Made by a program: the position numbers and the translations under genes | Notes under the pieces: generated by a model | What the model saw: only the letters and a program-made list of their open reading frames with translations | Told to the model about the DNA's origin: nothing | Databases searched by the model: none | From: Haliotis cracherodii | Taxonomy: Eukaryota | Direction: 5' to 3' | NCBI RefSeq assembly: GCF_022045235.1 | Contig: NW_027266273.1 | Location: 434,001 to 498,000 of the forward strand | DNA: 64,000 nucleotides | Shown here: positions 1 to 13,700 of the stretch, one piece after another | How positions within the stretch are numbered: position 1 is the stretch's first letter | How the letters are laid out: each line of letters starts with the position of its first letter

Positions 1-708
1 AAGCCGATAATGCAAGCACTGGAAAGAATAAACTGGCTGCAGTTTTTTTCCATTTTTTTTTTACACTGAGATGATGCCAGCTTGACTTGATTAGAAGCCC
101 AGATTACAATATAAATATGCCTTGGTCATATGAAGTCAATAATTCTCCTATCCAGAGTTTCTTGCGGACAGCCGAGTGTTTTTCATCTCTTTCATTTTGG
201 ATAAACATATATCATGAAACTTACTCATGAACTATTTTCATTTGTGTATGTATACTCTAGATACTGTCATCAAAACCCTACGGAGGGCTAGCAGTACAGT
301 CACTTTGCTTGGGGTTTGTCGGCTATTGGTTACAAACAAGGTTCAGAACGGTCGACATCATATTCCTTTAAGATGCAGTGGTAACTTCATAAGTATTAAA
401 AATATATCACCGATTCTTAAAAATCACTGAGATATTTGCTTCTGTTTGTTTGTTGTTTTAAGCAGCACTAGCAATATTTCAGCTATATGATGGCACATAA
501 TCAAATCTGGACCAAACAAACCAGTGATTGATGTAATGAGCAATGTCCCATGCCATCTGGGTTAATGACATTCTCAAACATTCAAATGAGTGTTTGTTCA
601 AAGAGATGTTTTGTTTATTGCAATGTCTTTCAAACAATTGTGGTTGTGAACTTAAAATATAGCCTATCTTTCTTTGATATAGCTTCTATGTTATTATAAG
701 GGTTACAT

Positions 709-824
709 TATTTTTCAGGGCCTTATCATTTGCAGAAGCCTGAAGTCAGCCATAAACTACCTGACAGAGGAGCGCAGTAGAAAAGGTTGAGGACTTCATG
801 CAAATGATAATGCCCTGAAAAATA
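709..824. repeat. Foldback inverted repeat (MITE-like)
   Basis: 26-bp arms tatttttcagggc(c/a)ttatcatttgca with one mismatch. Confidence 0.75.
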
Positions 825-1706
825 CAGGTTCTGTTATTGCACCTAAAATAGATAGAGTTGTACCTAATCCCAAAATGAACAAATAAACAAACAGCAGCAT
901 AAGTTAAGTGGCTGTATCAAAAAGAGGTAATTAATTGACAAATAGCAACGTCTTAGAACATACTATTGGATGACATCACAAAAAAGAAATGCCAATGACG
1001 TCACATAACAATAGAATAAATAGCAGCCTGTTGTTAGGGAAATGCAGATTGTGATCAAGTTAAGTGGTCTGCAGATTTCTGATAACATGCAGGTTTTTAT
1101 GATAATTCTATCCATTTTAGCTATAATAAGCAAAAGCACATTTAGTTGGTCATGACTATACAGCAAGACTTCATTGACTTAAACATTATTAATTCAATGT
1201 ATTGCTTAAGATGATTAACTTCAGGTCCAGGTAAAAATCTTTTGCAAATTGATTATATATTGGATGCAAAAATATCTTTTTCTGACCCCTCCTAAAAAGA
1301 TTTTGTAAAAAATAATTCAAGATAAAAAAAATAGGAATTTTAAGTTCACATCCTACTGATTTTACATATGGCAGTAATGTCAACATCGATGGACTCAATA
1401 TGCACTCACATACATGGCATTCACATACCTGGTTGCTGAGTGATTCCATCAACATTCAAAATATGTACTTAATATAGTAGCACTAATAAAGTGAATAACC
1501 CTGAGATAATGCTAGTTCTATTGGCTGTTGTGTAAAGGTTCCGCAGTTGGTTTGTCAATATGTTTCATAAATATAAATATTCCAAAGTAACATTCAATAT
1601 TGGACTCGCAATAAAACATGTTGCAAAAGCTACAGGAATTGTAAATAAGGTGTTCATAAACTAGCAGATTGTTACAAAGTTGGAGTATTTACAAACTCTA
1701 ACTTAC

Positions 1707-1736
1707 TTGTCTTGGGAGGAGGAGTTGGTACAGCAA
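1707..1736 (-). CDS. Linker exon (V)AVPTPPPKT; last exon identified in the window
   Basis: 30 nt, ttttag|...|gtaagt. Confidence 0.8.
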
Positions 1737-4700
1737 CTAAAATAAAAGTGACAACATCAATTAGACATGATAAGTGAGCGAGATAGGGTTTAACAGCAAT
1801 TTGAACAGAATTTTGAAAAATGCTAACTAACTAAATCTGAATTTCAAACTATCGATACAATTATGTAAGCCCAAAATTATTCTAGTCTGAATATTTTCCT
1901 CTTATTTAGTCAGAAATGCCAGTATATGTAAATCAAGTCTATATTTTGTCAATAGCTAAAAACCTTGAAAATGTGGCTTTTAAGTTTCTGACCCGTTTGT
2001 AAGTGCATGGTTACTATCTTCAGTCAAGTTTTTACCTGGACAAAAAGAACCAAAAACTTTCTGTCTCATTTCATTCAGTTCACTGAACTCCTGAACAGTG
2101 AACCTGTAGTCATCAAGAGGACGGCTGGCAATTCCATCAATTTCCTTAGTATCTGTTAGACCAATACCAATGACATAGATATTGATGTTCTGATCTCTGG
2201 CTTTAACTGCCTCAGGCTGTACTCTTCTGGCATTGATATTGGACACACCATCAGTGATGAGAATACAGATATTTTCAACATCAGGTCGGTCTCCTGTTTC
2301 TGGTGTGTACATCTGAGTCCTCATTACATTTAGTCCACCATAGGTATTGGTACTTCCATACATATAGGGTATGTTGTCAATGGCTTTGTAAATGGCTCTC
2401 TTTTGCCCAATATACTCATTCATCTGGAACTGAATAGCAACTTTGGTACTGTAGATGACAATACCAACTCGGACATTGTCATCATCAATGTTTGCAGGGA
2501 AAAGGAAGAACTTCAAAAAGTCCTGCATAAGTCTGAAGTTGGGTTCTGTGACACTGGTAGAGGTATCCAGGATTAGCACAAGGTCCATCTTATTGCTAGA
2601 GCAGTCTGCAAACAAATTCATGAACATGGTTTGGTATGGGGGAATGAAATAGGTGTCAGAAACATGTTAGTAGAAAGTTGATGCATATATTTCATACATG
2701 TATTAATGTAAATAGAGATTATTAATATGAAACATTCATTTGTATTTTCAATAAATAGCAAAATATTGTAAAATCCCAGAAGGCACTGCAACAACATCTA
2801 TGACCCTATGTAGAAATATCTACAGTTCGACTATTACAAAAGTGATTGAAAATTAAAATGTCTGCTTGTTTGCGATATCAGTCATATTATAACAGGAGGT
2901 TATTAGTCAAGGTGAAACTGAGTTTAAAGTCATGTCCAAGAATATTTCACATACATCATGACATCCAAAATGTAACACGCTTGCAGCAAACAAACCAGTA
3001 GGAAAAATTTGATCATATATCAAGAGGAGTGATTAAGAGAGTTTGGTTTAGCATTGCTTTGAAGAGTATTTCAGGTACATCACAGCCTGTGTTTGTATCT
3101 AAGATGACTGGGCCATGCATGCCACCCTGTTACAGGTATGATCTGTAATCAGCAATAATGGGAGCCACCAGAGTCACATTCTTTAAGCCAGCAAATGGGA
3201 TTAGTGTCAGGCAGCACTTAGAAATGCTGGGAAGTTGCCTATGCAACAGTGTGCTTCCTTCCACTACATCTGCTGTATGTGCAACCCTACACTGTACGTG
3301 TATGTTATGAAGCAGAATACCATACAGAACAGAACTTTTGATCTTTATATTCCTATTTTGATGTAATGTATTATTACCATACTGATGATATGCACCAAGT
3401 AAGCTGAAGCCATATGCATCTCAAGCACTGATGAAGTAAGCCTTGCGTGCCTGAACATTGGCAACTTCATCCTGAGAGAGAGACACATTCCAGTTTGTTT
3501 TCTTGTCGTGCCCTACAGTGTTTGGGCTGTCATATTTATTTTTCCTCTTAGCACTGCTAAGCACCACCCAGAACTGCTGACTTTCACTCTTCAGTACTGT
3601 GCCACAACGAGGTGTGGACAGCAATGGAGAGTGTTAGGTCTAAGCAACGTGACCCAGATCCTCCATATAATTGTCTTATAACATGGGTCACTGATATAGG
3701 ACTGCATAGTGTTACCGGTATATTGGGTAAAACAAATATAACAAGTTTTGCTATTATTTGCATTGTTTAAATGATGCTTGCCTTCGAACTTGATTGACAA
3801 AACGGCGAAAACACGAAAGTGATAATTGTCTCACAATGTTATCTTCCCTGTATCCATAACTATAAAAAGGCGGCGACTGACCATGCTGAGTAATATTTAC
3901 TTTCGTATGTAGAAAATAGGATCTGCATGTATAATCAGTGTTAATCACTTTCAAACACTTTAGCTCCCAATATATATCGCAATATGTATTGCAATACAGT
4001 TACCTGTATCACAAAATATAGCAATACAATTTCTTTCCCAATACACAGAGTTACTGAGGACCAATGGTATCAAAGACTCCCCATAATACAATCCATTTAG
4101 TAATGATGCTACCAACCTTTATATTAATGAGAAATAACCAATTACTTGTCTCTTATAGTACAACATAATCATATTATTTCACAACAGATATTTTCTGTGC
4201 AAGATTAATTAATTGTTACAGGAATCAAGCAAGCTCATCACATTTGGTGTCAGCTTACTTACTTTTCCACCTTTTGTTATCTTATTATTTTGCTGTCCTT
4301 ACCTGTACATATATATATGCTCTCTGCCTCATGGCATTCATTCACCTGGTGAAGGAGTTAGCATATACTCAGAAATGTTGTGTTCCTCATAAAAAAGAAG
4401 TTGACATCCATATATTCTCTTCCTTAACTTACTGTAAGAGCAAATTTTTGAAAGAAACTGGAAATGGGTACTTTGTTATAAGAGAACATATCTTACCTTG
4501 TGCTTTGGGTGTTGGAGCAGGTGTTGGAGCTGGGGTAGTTGTGGTAGTAGTGGTAGTTGTAGTCGTGGTAGTAGTAGTTGTAGTTGTTGGAGGTGGTGTG
4601 GTAACTGAAATGAATAACAGAGTTCCTCACTCTTCCAATTATCAACTTGAAGTCTAAGAACAGCTTTGCAATGAAAATTATTGACAAATTGATGAAATCT

Positions 4701-7700
4701 AACCTAAACATATATTTACACATTTAGGCATACCCCAAAGGATAAAAAACACATTACTAAATGCTTTGAGCAGAGATTTTGTTGCATTCTTAACAGTAAA
4801 AACAATGTGTGAACATTTATTGTGGAGCATACTACAAACAGATAATTTGCATACATATTATCTTACTTTTTGTTTAATCTTAGTTTGACATATAAAGGAT
4901 TCCAAACTGACAACAATGGGTTAAGAATAGCATCATAGTCTGAATGATATTGATAAAAGTCTATAGCTGGAACTGGTACGTACTAGGACAAAAAGAACCA
5001 AAGACTTTCTGTCTCATTGCACTCAGTTCACTGAACTCCTGAACAGTGAACCTGTAGTCATCAAGAGGCCGGCTGGCAATTCCATCAATTTCCTTAGTAT
5101 CTGTTAGACCAATACCAATGACATAGATATTGATGTTCTGATCTCTGGCTTTAACTGCCTCAGGCTGTACTCTTCTGGCATTGATATTGGACACACCATC
5201 AGTGATGAGAATACAGATATTTTCAACATCAGGTCGGTCTCCTGTTTCTGGTGTGTACATCTGAGTCCTCATTACATTTAGTCCACCATAGGTATTGGTA
5301 CTTCCATACATATAGGGTATGTTGTCAATGGCTTTGTAAATGGCTCTCTTTTGCCCAATATACTCATTCATCTGGAACTGAATAGCAACTTTGGTACTGT
5401 AGATGACAATACCAACTCGGACATTGTCATCATCAATGTTTGCAGGGAAAAGGAAGAACTTCAAAAAGTCCTGCATGAGTCTGAAGTTGGGTTCTGTGAC
5501 ACTGGTGGAGGTATCCAGGATTAGCACAAGGTCCATCTTGGCAGTGGAACAGTCTGGAAAGACATGGAAAACTGTAACTTTGGGGGAACATTAAGTTATA
5601 ATATTGTCTTAAATGCTAATAAAGTGAGTGTGTAATTAAAAAAACTGTTGATGTTTGTTCTTTGTGCAAGATGATTGCAAAAACAAGATTGACAGAGGTG
5701 CCCATGCTTGTTTTAAGATTTGATGACATTCATTAAAGTCATCCCGATAACTGACATAAGTGTTTACTTACAAACTATGTAAGTTGAAGTCAGACAGGTG
5801 TACTATTGTCAGCATTACATAGTTTAATTTACAATACAGTGATGAATAGCCTAATTCAAAGAAATTTGTTGCTTGATTATTAATTATATTATTGCCATCA
5901 TTAATGTGTTTGTTGTTTTAATGCTGTACTCAGCAATATTACAGCTATTGTGGCACTTGCCATTGAGGCTATCAGAGAAACAGTATATAGATTTGCCTTA
6001 ATTCTCACTGTCTGAAACATCCCAAATGGATTCAGCTTAATGAATGGATGATGCATTTTTTCTTCATTAATTTCCTAATCTTAGTAATCTAGAGATAAAA
6101 ATCATGTACACTAATCTGTATGACTTCCTAAAAGATTACAGGTAGTTAGTTCTCCACTCCATCCATTAGTAGGAGTGGTTATATGAAGACTGAAGTACAT
6201 TGTCATATCAAGAATCATAACTTGTTTTATATTATCAGTATTTACAGATGTAAATGTCTGCACAATTCTGCAGACAATAAGTTAAGAAGCCATTTCAACA
6301 AACCATGACTATTCTAGTGTTGTGTCTATCTGAACTCAATTGTCAAACAGATTTATAATGAAAAGGCAGAGCTGTGAGGCCATATTTTTCTACCAGCAGT
6401 GAAGTCTACGTTCATTGTAAATACGTTCAATCATGTAAACATTTGTTTTTCATCATAGCTCTGTACCATATCAATGCTATATGATATCAGTTCTGTGTAA
6501 GAAAAGGTGACCTTACCTTTGGGTTTGGCTGGAGTTGTTGGTGGTGGGGTTGGTGGAGGAGTAACTAAAACATAACAAAGGGTTCTTACATTACAATTTG
6601 AAAATACAGGCAGTACACCTTAGAGTGCCTACTCCATACATGCTTCTAAGCTTTACAGAAAAAATATGAATGATTATAAATTCATTCCATCAGTGAATTC
6701 CTAGTTCTTTCTGTAGTTTATTTGCATCATGCCTAAAGATCTAATACTCAATTCAGATTGGCTACTTATTGCACCCATTTGTGCAGATGGACTTCCTTTC
6801 ACCTACTGCTTAGTTTCACTGAAATCATGCTTAGATCAAATAGTGCATTTGTTGATCCCGTATGGTATGTTCAAGGCATATATTCACTCTACAATAGCAA
6901 GATGAATTTTCAACAGATAGATATCAACATTATTTGATAATGCTGAAACAATACAGTTTGTCCATCACTGTTGTTATTATTTACTAACATTGAAATCAAC
7001 ATGAACAAATTTGAAGGACAGTATTACTGTCAACCTGTACAGTCTTAGAAGTATAGTGAATGTGAAAATGGACCCCAACCCAAAACCAAAATGTAAACCA
7101 GTTTGAACCACCCAGAACATCATGGAATATTTTTGCAACATGACAACTAGAATGTGTATGTACTCATAAAAACATATGTCTCCCCACACCTTCTTTTTCA
7201 TACATTAGTTCAAGTTGTTACTATAAATCTGTTTGCAAATAAAAAACCCAATAATAGCAAATTATAGCCTAGAATGATAACGGTTTCATGCAGAAATATT
7301 TATTAGCTGAAGAGTGCTGGCATGAAACAAATGCTCCTCATTTGAGACTAAGTCCAAATTGCTTCAATGGTCATTGCACATATTCAGTGTCATGCAAAAG
7401 TATTCATTCAAGCTTTGTTGAGGCCAGTAAATTAAACCCTTCCCTTGTTTAAGACTATGTCGAAATNNNNNNNNNNNNNNNNNNNNNNNNNNNNNNNNNN
7501 NNNNNNNNNNNNNNNNNNNNNNNNNNNNNNNNNNNNNNNNNNNNNNNNNNNNNNNNNNNNNNNNNNNNNNNNNNNNNNNNNNNNNNNNNNNNNNNNNNNN
7601 NNNNNNNNNNNNNNNNNNNNNNNNGGTATGTAATTAGAGGTACATACTTTGGCTATCTGATTCAATTTCTTCTGACATCATTCCAGTAGTCATAGTTATC

Positions 7701-10700
7701 AAGTTAAAGAGTATCAGAGCTTATACAAGGCTCTGTGAACTACATATAAAACAGATTTGTTTATCCAACTTTAGTTTATTCATGCCATACATGATTTTCA
7801 CTTACCTGGACAAAACGACCCAAACACTTTCTGTCTCATTGCATTCAGTTCACTGAACTCCTGAACAGTGAACCTGTAGTCATCAAGAGGCCGGCTGGCA
7901 ATTCCATCAATTTCCTTAGTATCTGTTAGACCAATACCAATGACATAGATATTGATGTTCTGATCTCTGGCTTTAACTGCCTCGGGAATGGTTCTTCTGG
8001 AATTGATATTGGACACACCATCAGTGATGAGAATACAGACATTTTCAACATCTGGGCGGTCTCCTGTTTCTGGTGTGTACATCTGAGTCCTCATTGCATT
8101 TAGTCCACCATAGGTATTGGTACTTCCATACATGTAAGGTATTTTGTCAATGGCTTTGTAAATGGCTCTCTTTTGCCCAATATACTCATTCATCTGGAAC
8201 TGAATAGCAACTTTGGTACTGTAGATGACAATACCAACTCGGACATTGTCATCATCAATGTTTGCAGGGAAAAGGAAGAATTTTAAGAAATCCAGCATGA
8301 GTAGAAAATTCTTCTTTGTGACACTGGTAGAGGTATCAAGGATGATAACAAGATCCATCTTGGCAGTGGAACAGTCTGAAATTACAAAGTCCAAATGTGA
8401 TGAGCTGAATTATTATGTGACATCTTTTTATATAGGATATTCTTTTAACCCATATATCATTATGGAAACAGAAAACAGAAATAAAGCGACAAAACCCTTT
8501 CCATAATCATACAAATCTCTGTTAAGAGCAGAGATCATTGTATGAATCTGACTATCTCATAATCATTTGTTTATCAATCACTATCAAATAGTGATCATAC
8601 CAGCCATGACTACTTTTTGTCTAAAGTTTCCCAAAATAAGTCAACGTGAAACACAAAGAGACTGCTGATTATTATAAATTAATAGTAGAACTAGAAAGGT
8701 GTTTGCATTACTTGCAAAAACAAAAGAGGCCTGTCCTCATCATTTTCTGAAAACTTTCTCATCAGAAACATATCATGAACCACTTTGACATTACCTCTCA
8801 CATGCCCAGTGCAGTACAAAGTTGAACAGAAAGTCCTATGCCTCTCAGTGCCTCAATAACAAAGTCATAAACACTGCCTAAATATCATGTATATAAAGTT
8901 TAGTGAAGTTCCAATAATAAATCCTCAATAATATATCCTTGCATATACACAACCTTTTTGGGATGTCTACTTCCCATTTTGTGACCTTGACCTTCAATGT
9001 CATCCAATCACATTGGTTGTCTCCATATGTTACAAACCATACTTCCTGAATGAAACTATCAACAAGTCTCATTTCCAGAGTGAATGACCTTCAAAGCGAC
9101 TCTGACATTTGACATAATCATGACATATGATAGGTGTTGACTTTGAGTTCATCGTAAATGATTGCAAAAGACTTTGATATTTCATGAACTAATCTGAAAT
9201 TTCATGAAATTAGAATGTTTCACATTCTGACTCCCAGTGACTTTGGCCTTATATGGAGGTCACATAAATTTGATGCGACCATCTTCCCTTAGAGATCATG
9301 TATACAAAGTTTTTTCAAATATCAATCATAAATACTCAAGTTTATTTAATGCCAAGTTCATACTGAATAACCTTCATCTTCCAGGTCATCCATTCATGTC
9401 AGAAACATTCCCCAGTGGTATATAGGCGGTATATCTGGTATTAAGTCTCTAACATCTGTCATAAACGCTTGGTTGAGAAAACCAATATTGGCGGTGAAGC
9501 TCAAATTCAAGCAAACACCACTTTTTGCAAAGTGCTTTTTTAATTATTCATGTTTTTAGTATTTTTCACTATTATCAACTAAAATCTTTCCAAGTGGAGA
9601 ACACACCAAAAATATCACATATATTATCTTTAACACTCTATTGGCACTCTAATGTTGTCGACCGCCTCCGTGGCCTAGTGGTAGAGCGTCCACCTGGAGA
9701 GCGGAAGGTCCGGGGTTCGATCCCCGGCCGCGTCATTCCAAAAGACGTTAAAAGATGGTACTTGTTGTTACCCTGTCTGGCGCTCAGCATTAAGGGGCTA
9801 AAACAAGCACTGGTCGGCTCGTAGTCTGTATACTGTGTCTGAGTGGGGTATTCATGTTAAACTGCGGCATGGTATCTCAGTGTGCTAGCACTATAAATCG
9901 GCATCAGTCCGGACTAGTACAAGCAGCCACAGACACCTGTACATGCACGTCGCTATATAAGTGCAATAATCTTGGACGCGACGTTAAACCCCATTTCACC
10001 TCAGCTCTAATGTTGTCACTAGCCTTACATTTCATGCCTATTTGGCAGCAAGTGATCTTGACCACCAATCTCAGGCAATTTCATATTCCCAAAGATCCCT
10101 ATAGTGTGTCAGTTATTGAGTGAGTGAATTTGGCTTGTTGTTGCTTTGAACAGTGTTTCAGTTATATCATGATGTGTTACCCTGATGTGGGAAAAAAGAC
10201 TGAAGTTAGGCAGGTCATATAGGTTTACAATGAGCTTGGGTATGGTGCTGACAAACCTAGAAAGAACATCAGGCCGAAATGGGATTTTGAACTCATGATT
10301 TCGAAAGTCATCTAAAATAAAAAATACCTAACTCATTCACTAGGGATCAAGTACATTGTTTGACACTTGACTCTGACACTTCATTTAAAAAAAATATATA
10401 TCCTCGCATATAAACAACATGTGTTTCTTGTTCAAAGTTTGTCTACCATCATCATTTTCAGAAGATACATGTTGTACTGTCACAACAGATTAATTATTAG
10501 CAGAGTCTAATAGACCCAAAAAAGGGAAACTTATCCACAAACAATACACTTCATACATCACTGACATTTTTCTTGTCATTTGAGCTTCTATACTGTGTGA
10601 CACTCCTTTAAGGGTCATACAGCATAAATAGTGATATAAGTTGTAGTAGTATCATGAGGGGTATCTGTGATTTTAGGCATTCCGCTGAGCCAGAGGCTAT

Positions 10701-13700
10701 AAGGGGTATAGGGATTTATTCTCCCACTCAGAAATCCATATGTAGCCTGTTTTCCCTGTGGCAAGTGTAAGGAATGTATTCTCCTACTCAGAAATATACA
10801 TCCCTCTCAGGTGGGATACATAATATTCTATCAAGATGAGGTGAACCTGTCAGATTTCAACATCCTGACATGTGAGATCACCAACCTTGTGCTTTTGTTG
10901 TTAGGAGTGGTGTTGTTGTAGTAGTGGTGGTAGTTGTTGTAGTTGTAGTAGTAGTAGTAGAAGTTGTTGTAGTTGGTGGAGGTGTTGTAACTGAAAGAAA
11001 TACAAAAGAAACTGCAATATCAAGTATAATTCAACTTTCCGATAGATCAGAAATAGATAAGTGGTGTATAATACATAGTTAATACAAATGTTAATGCATA
11101 GAAAAAAGATGAACTGATACGCTGAGGTCCTAATTTACTAGTAAGCAAATATACTACATACCACATAATATCAAAGCATTGAACCATTATATTTTATTCT
11201 CTGAAGTGTGAGTGAGGGAGTTGGCCACTTTGAACATTTAAGTTACCTGACACAGCATGTCAGCTTGAAGTGGGAGGAAAGCCAAAAGTCATGCAGGTCC
11301 ATGGCCAGCATGAGTATTGTGTTTACAAACCCAGAAGCACAGTCAATTTGAATCTGGGATTCAAACCAATGATAATAGTTTCCTGGCAGGCCTGATGGAG
11401 GAAACACAGTAAATTGTGACTTGGCTACCTGTGTTCCTTATCTCTCAAGAGGAAGACAACCTCCTTTTAAAATATTCAGTTCAACAGACTGAAGCCAAAA
11501 GGTAAAATCAAAGAAAAAGTAACAGTTCACGTTATTTACAATATTTGATTCAATGCATTGAATAGTCTCTTGCCAGTGCTAACACATGAAAAAAGAAAAA
11601 AGCCTTCTCTCACAGAAAGTAAATGCAAATACCTGTAACTGTAAAGATATTAAACATTCTCCACTCTGAACAGAATTAGTGTGTATATTTAACAGCTGAT
11701 ACAACAATGTTATGACAAATAAATTAAAATCATTAATTTCTAATTACTTACTGGGACAAAAAGAACCAAAGACCTTCTGTCTCATTGCATTCAGTTCACT
11801 GAACTCCTGAACAGTGAACCTGTAGTCATCAAGAGGCCGGCTGGCAATTCCATCAATTTCCTTAGTATCTGTTAGACCAATACCAATGACATAGATATTG
11901 ATGTTCTGATCTCTGGCTTTAACTGCCTCAGGCTGTACTCTTCTGGCATTGATATTGGAAACACCATCAGTGATGAGAATACAGATATTTTCAACATCAG
12001 GTCGGTCTCCTGTTTCTGGTGTGTACATCTGAGTCCTCATTACATTTAGTCCACCATAGGTATTGGTACTTCCATACATATAGGGTATGTTGTCAATGGC
12101 TTTGTAAATGGCTCTCTTTTGCCCAATATACTCATTCATCTGGAACTGAATAGCAACTTTGGTACTGTAGATGACAATACCAACTCGGACATTGTCATCA
12201 TCAATGTTTGCAGGGAAAAGGAAGAACTTCAAAAAGTCCTGCATGAGTCTGAAGTTGGGTTCTGTGACACTGGTGGAGGTATCCAGGATTAGCACAAGGT
12301 CCATCTTGGCAGTGGAACAGTCTGGAGATAGAAACGTTGAGTCCTCATTGAATATAACAATCCATACAATAGTGCAACTATAGCCAGTGATATTCGTTTT
12401 TGCTCCCTATGAAACAGTCACTACTATCATAAACTGTTTTAATGAAATAATGACAGTACTAAAAGTGATATTCAGCAGTCTTCTGTATGTAGCTAATACA
12501 GATATATTGTTTACAAAAACAGTAGATCTGAACCCACCTTTTGGTTTGGCTGGAACTGTTGGTGGAGGTGTTGGAGGAGGCACTAGAAATAAACCAACAC
12601 ATACTCAACCAATTGAACATGCATATATGTTATAAAAGAACACTGAAATATTTCAAGAACATTACTTAAAGGAGATTGGGGTAAAGTTGTTTATTTATTG
12701 TGCCACATTTAATGTCTAAGTATCTAAATCCTAAAACATTGGTGAAAATGTTTCAACATCAAATGTTTAACACATTGTTTTGAATTGGAAAAAATGTAGT
12801 GTTAAATACCTGGACAAATTGATCCAAAGACTTTTTCCCTCATAGAAGACAGCTCACTGAACTCCTGGACAGTGAAACGATTCTCCTCAACAGGCTGTGA
12901 TGCAATGCCATCAATTTCCCTTGTATCTTGCAGACCAATACCAATAACATAGATGTGGATGTTTTGGTCTCGTGCTTTGACAGCTTCTGGAATTGTCCTT
13001 CTTGAGTTGATATTGGACACACCATCAGTGATGAGAATGGCCACATTCTCAACATCAGGTCGGTCTCCTGTTGCTGGTGTGAACATCTGTGTCCTCATGA
13101 CATTTATTCCACCATAGGTGTTTGTACTTCCATACATATAGGGTATGTTGTCAATGGCCCCGTAAAGTGCTCTCTTTTGTCCAATATATTGACTCATCTG
13201 GAACTGGATAGCAACTTTGGTACTGTAAATGACAACACCAACTCGAACATTGTCATCATCAATGTTGGCAGGGAAAAGAAAATATTTCAAGAAATCCTGC
13301 ATGAGTCTGAAATTGGGTTCAGTGACACTGGTGGAGGTATCAAGGATTAGCACAAGGTCCATTCTGGCACTGTCACAACCTGAAAGCACACAATGGTCAG
13401 CAGGTAGAGAAAACACCTGGTTTGACTGGAGAATACTTCAACAATAATTTCAGAATTTATACAACTGTTGCTTAGTATAGATAAGCTGGTGAACATAGAG
13501 TTAGTGAGATTCAAAGAATGTCTACTGATCTTGTTATAGCTCTTTATCATCTAGATACACAGTGTATAAGATACTGTAAGATTATGAACAAACATGCAAC
13601 ATGTAGACTTTTGACATATAGTAACAATACTTGTTCACAGATTATATATAATGAAAATCAAATAAATTGACTTTTCAGTGGTTTAGATTACATTATGGAA

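Noticed and set aside
4244-4657. Plus-strand poly-Val ORF and other plus-strand ORFs overlapping vWA exons
   Set aside because: Antisense shadows of the poly-Thr linker and vWA exons.
9660-9732. tRNA gene
   Set aside because: It is the tRNA-derived head of a TSD-flanked SINE with a long body and multiple copies.
13417-13425. 9-nt microexon TCAAACCAG
   Set aside because: It would leave a 37-nt downstream intron with a weak donor.
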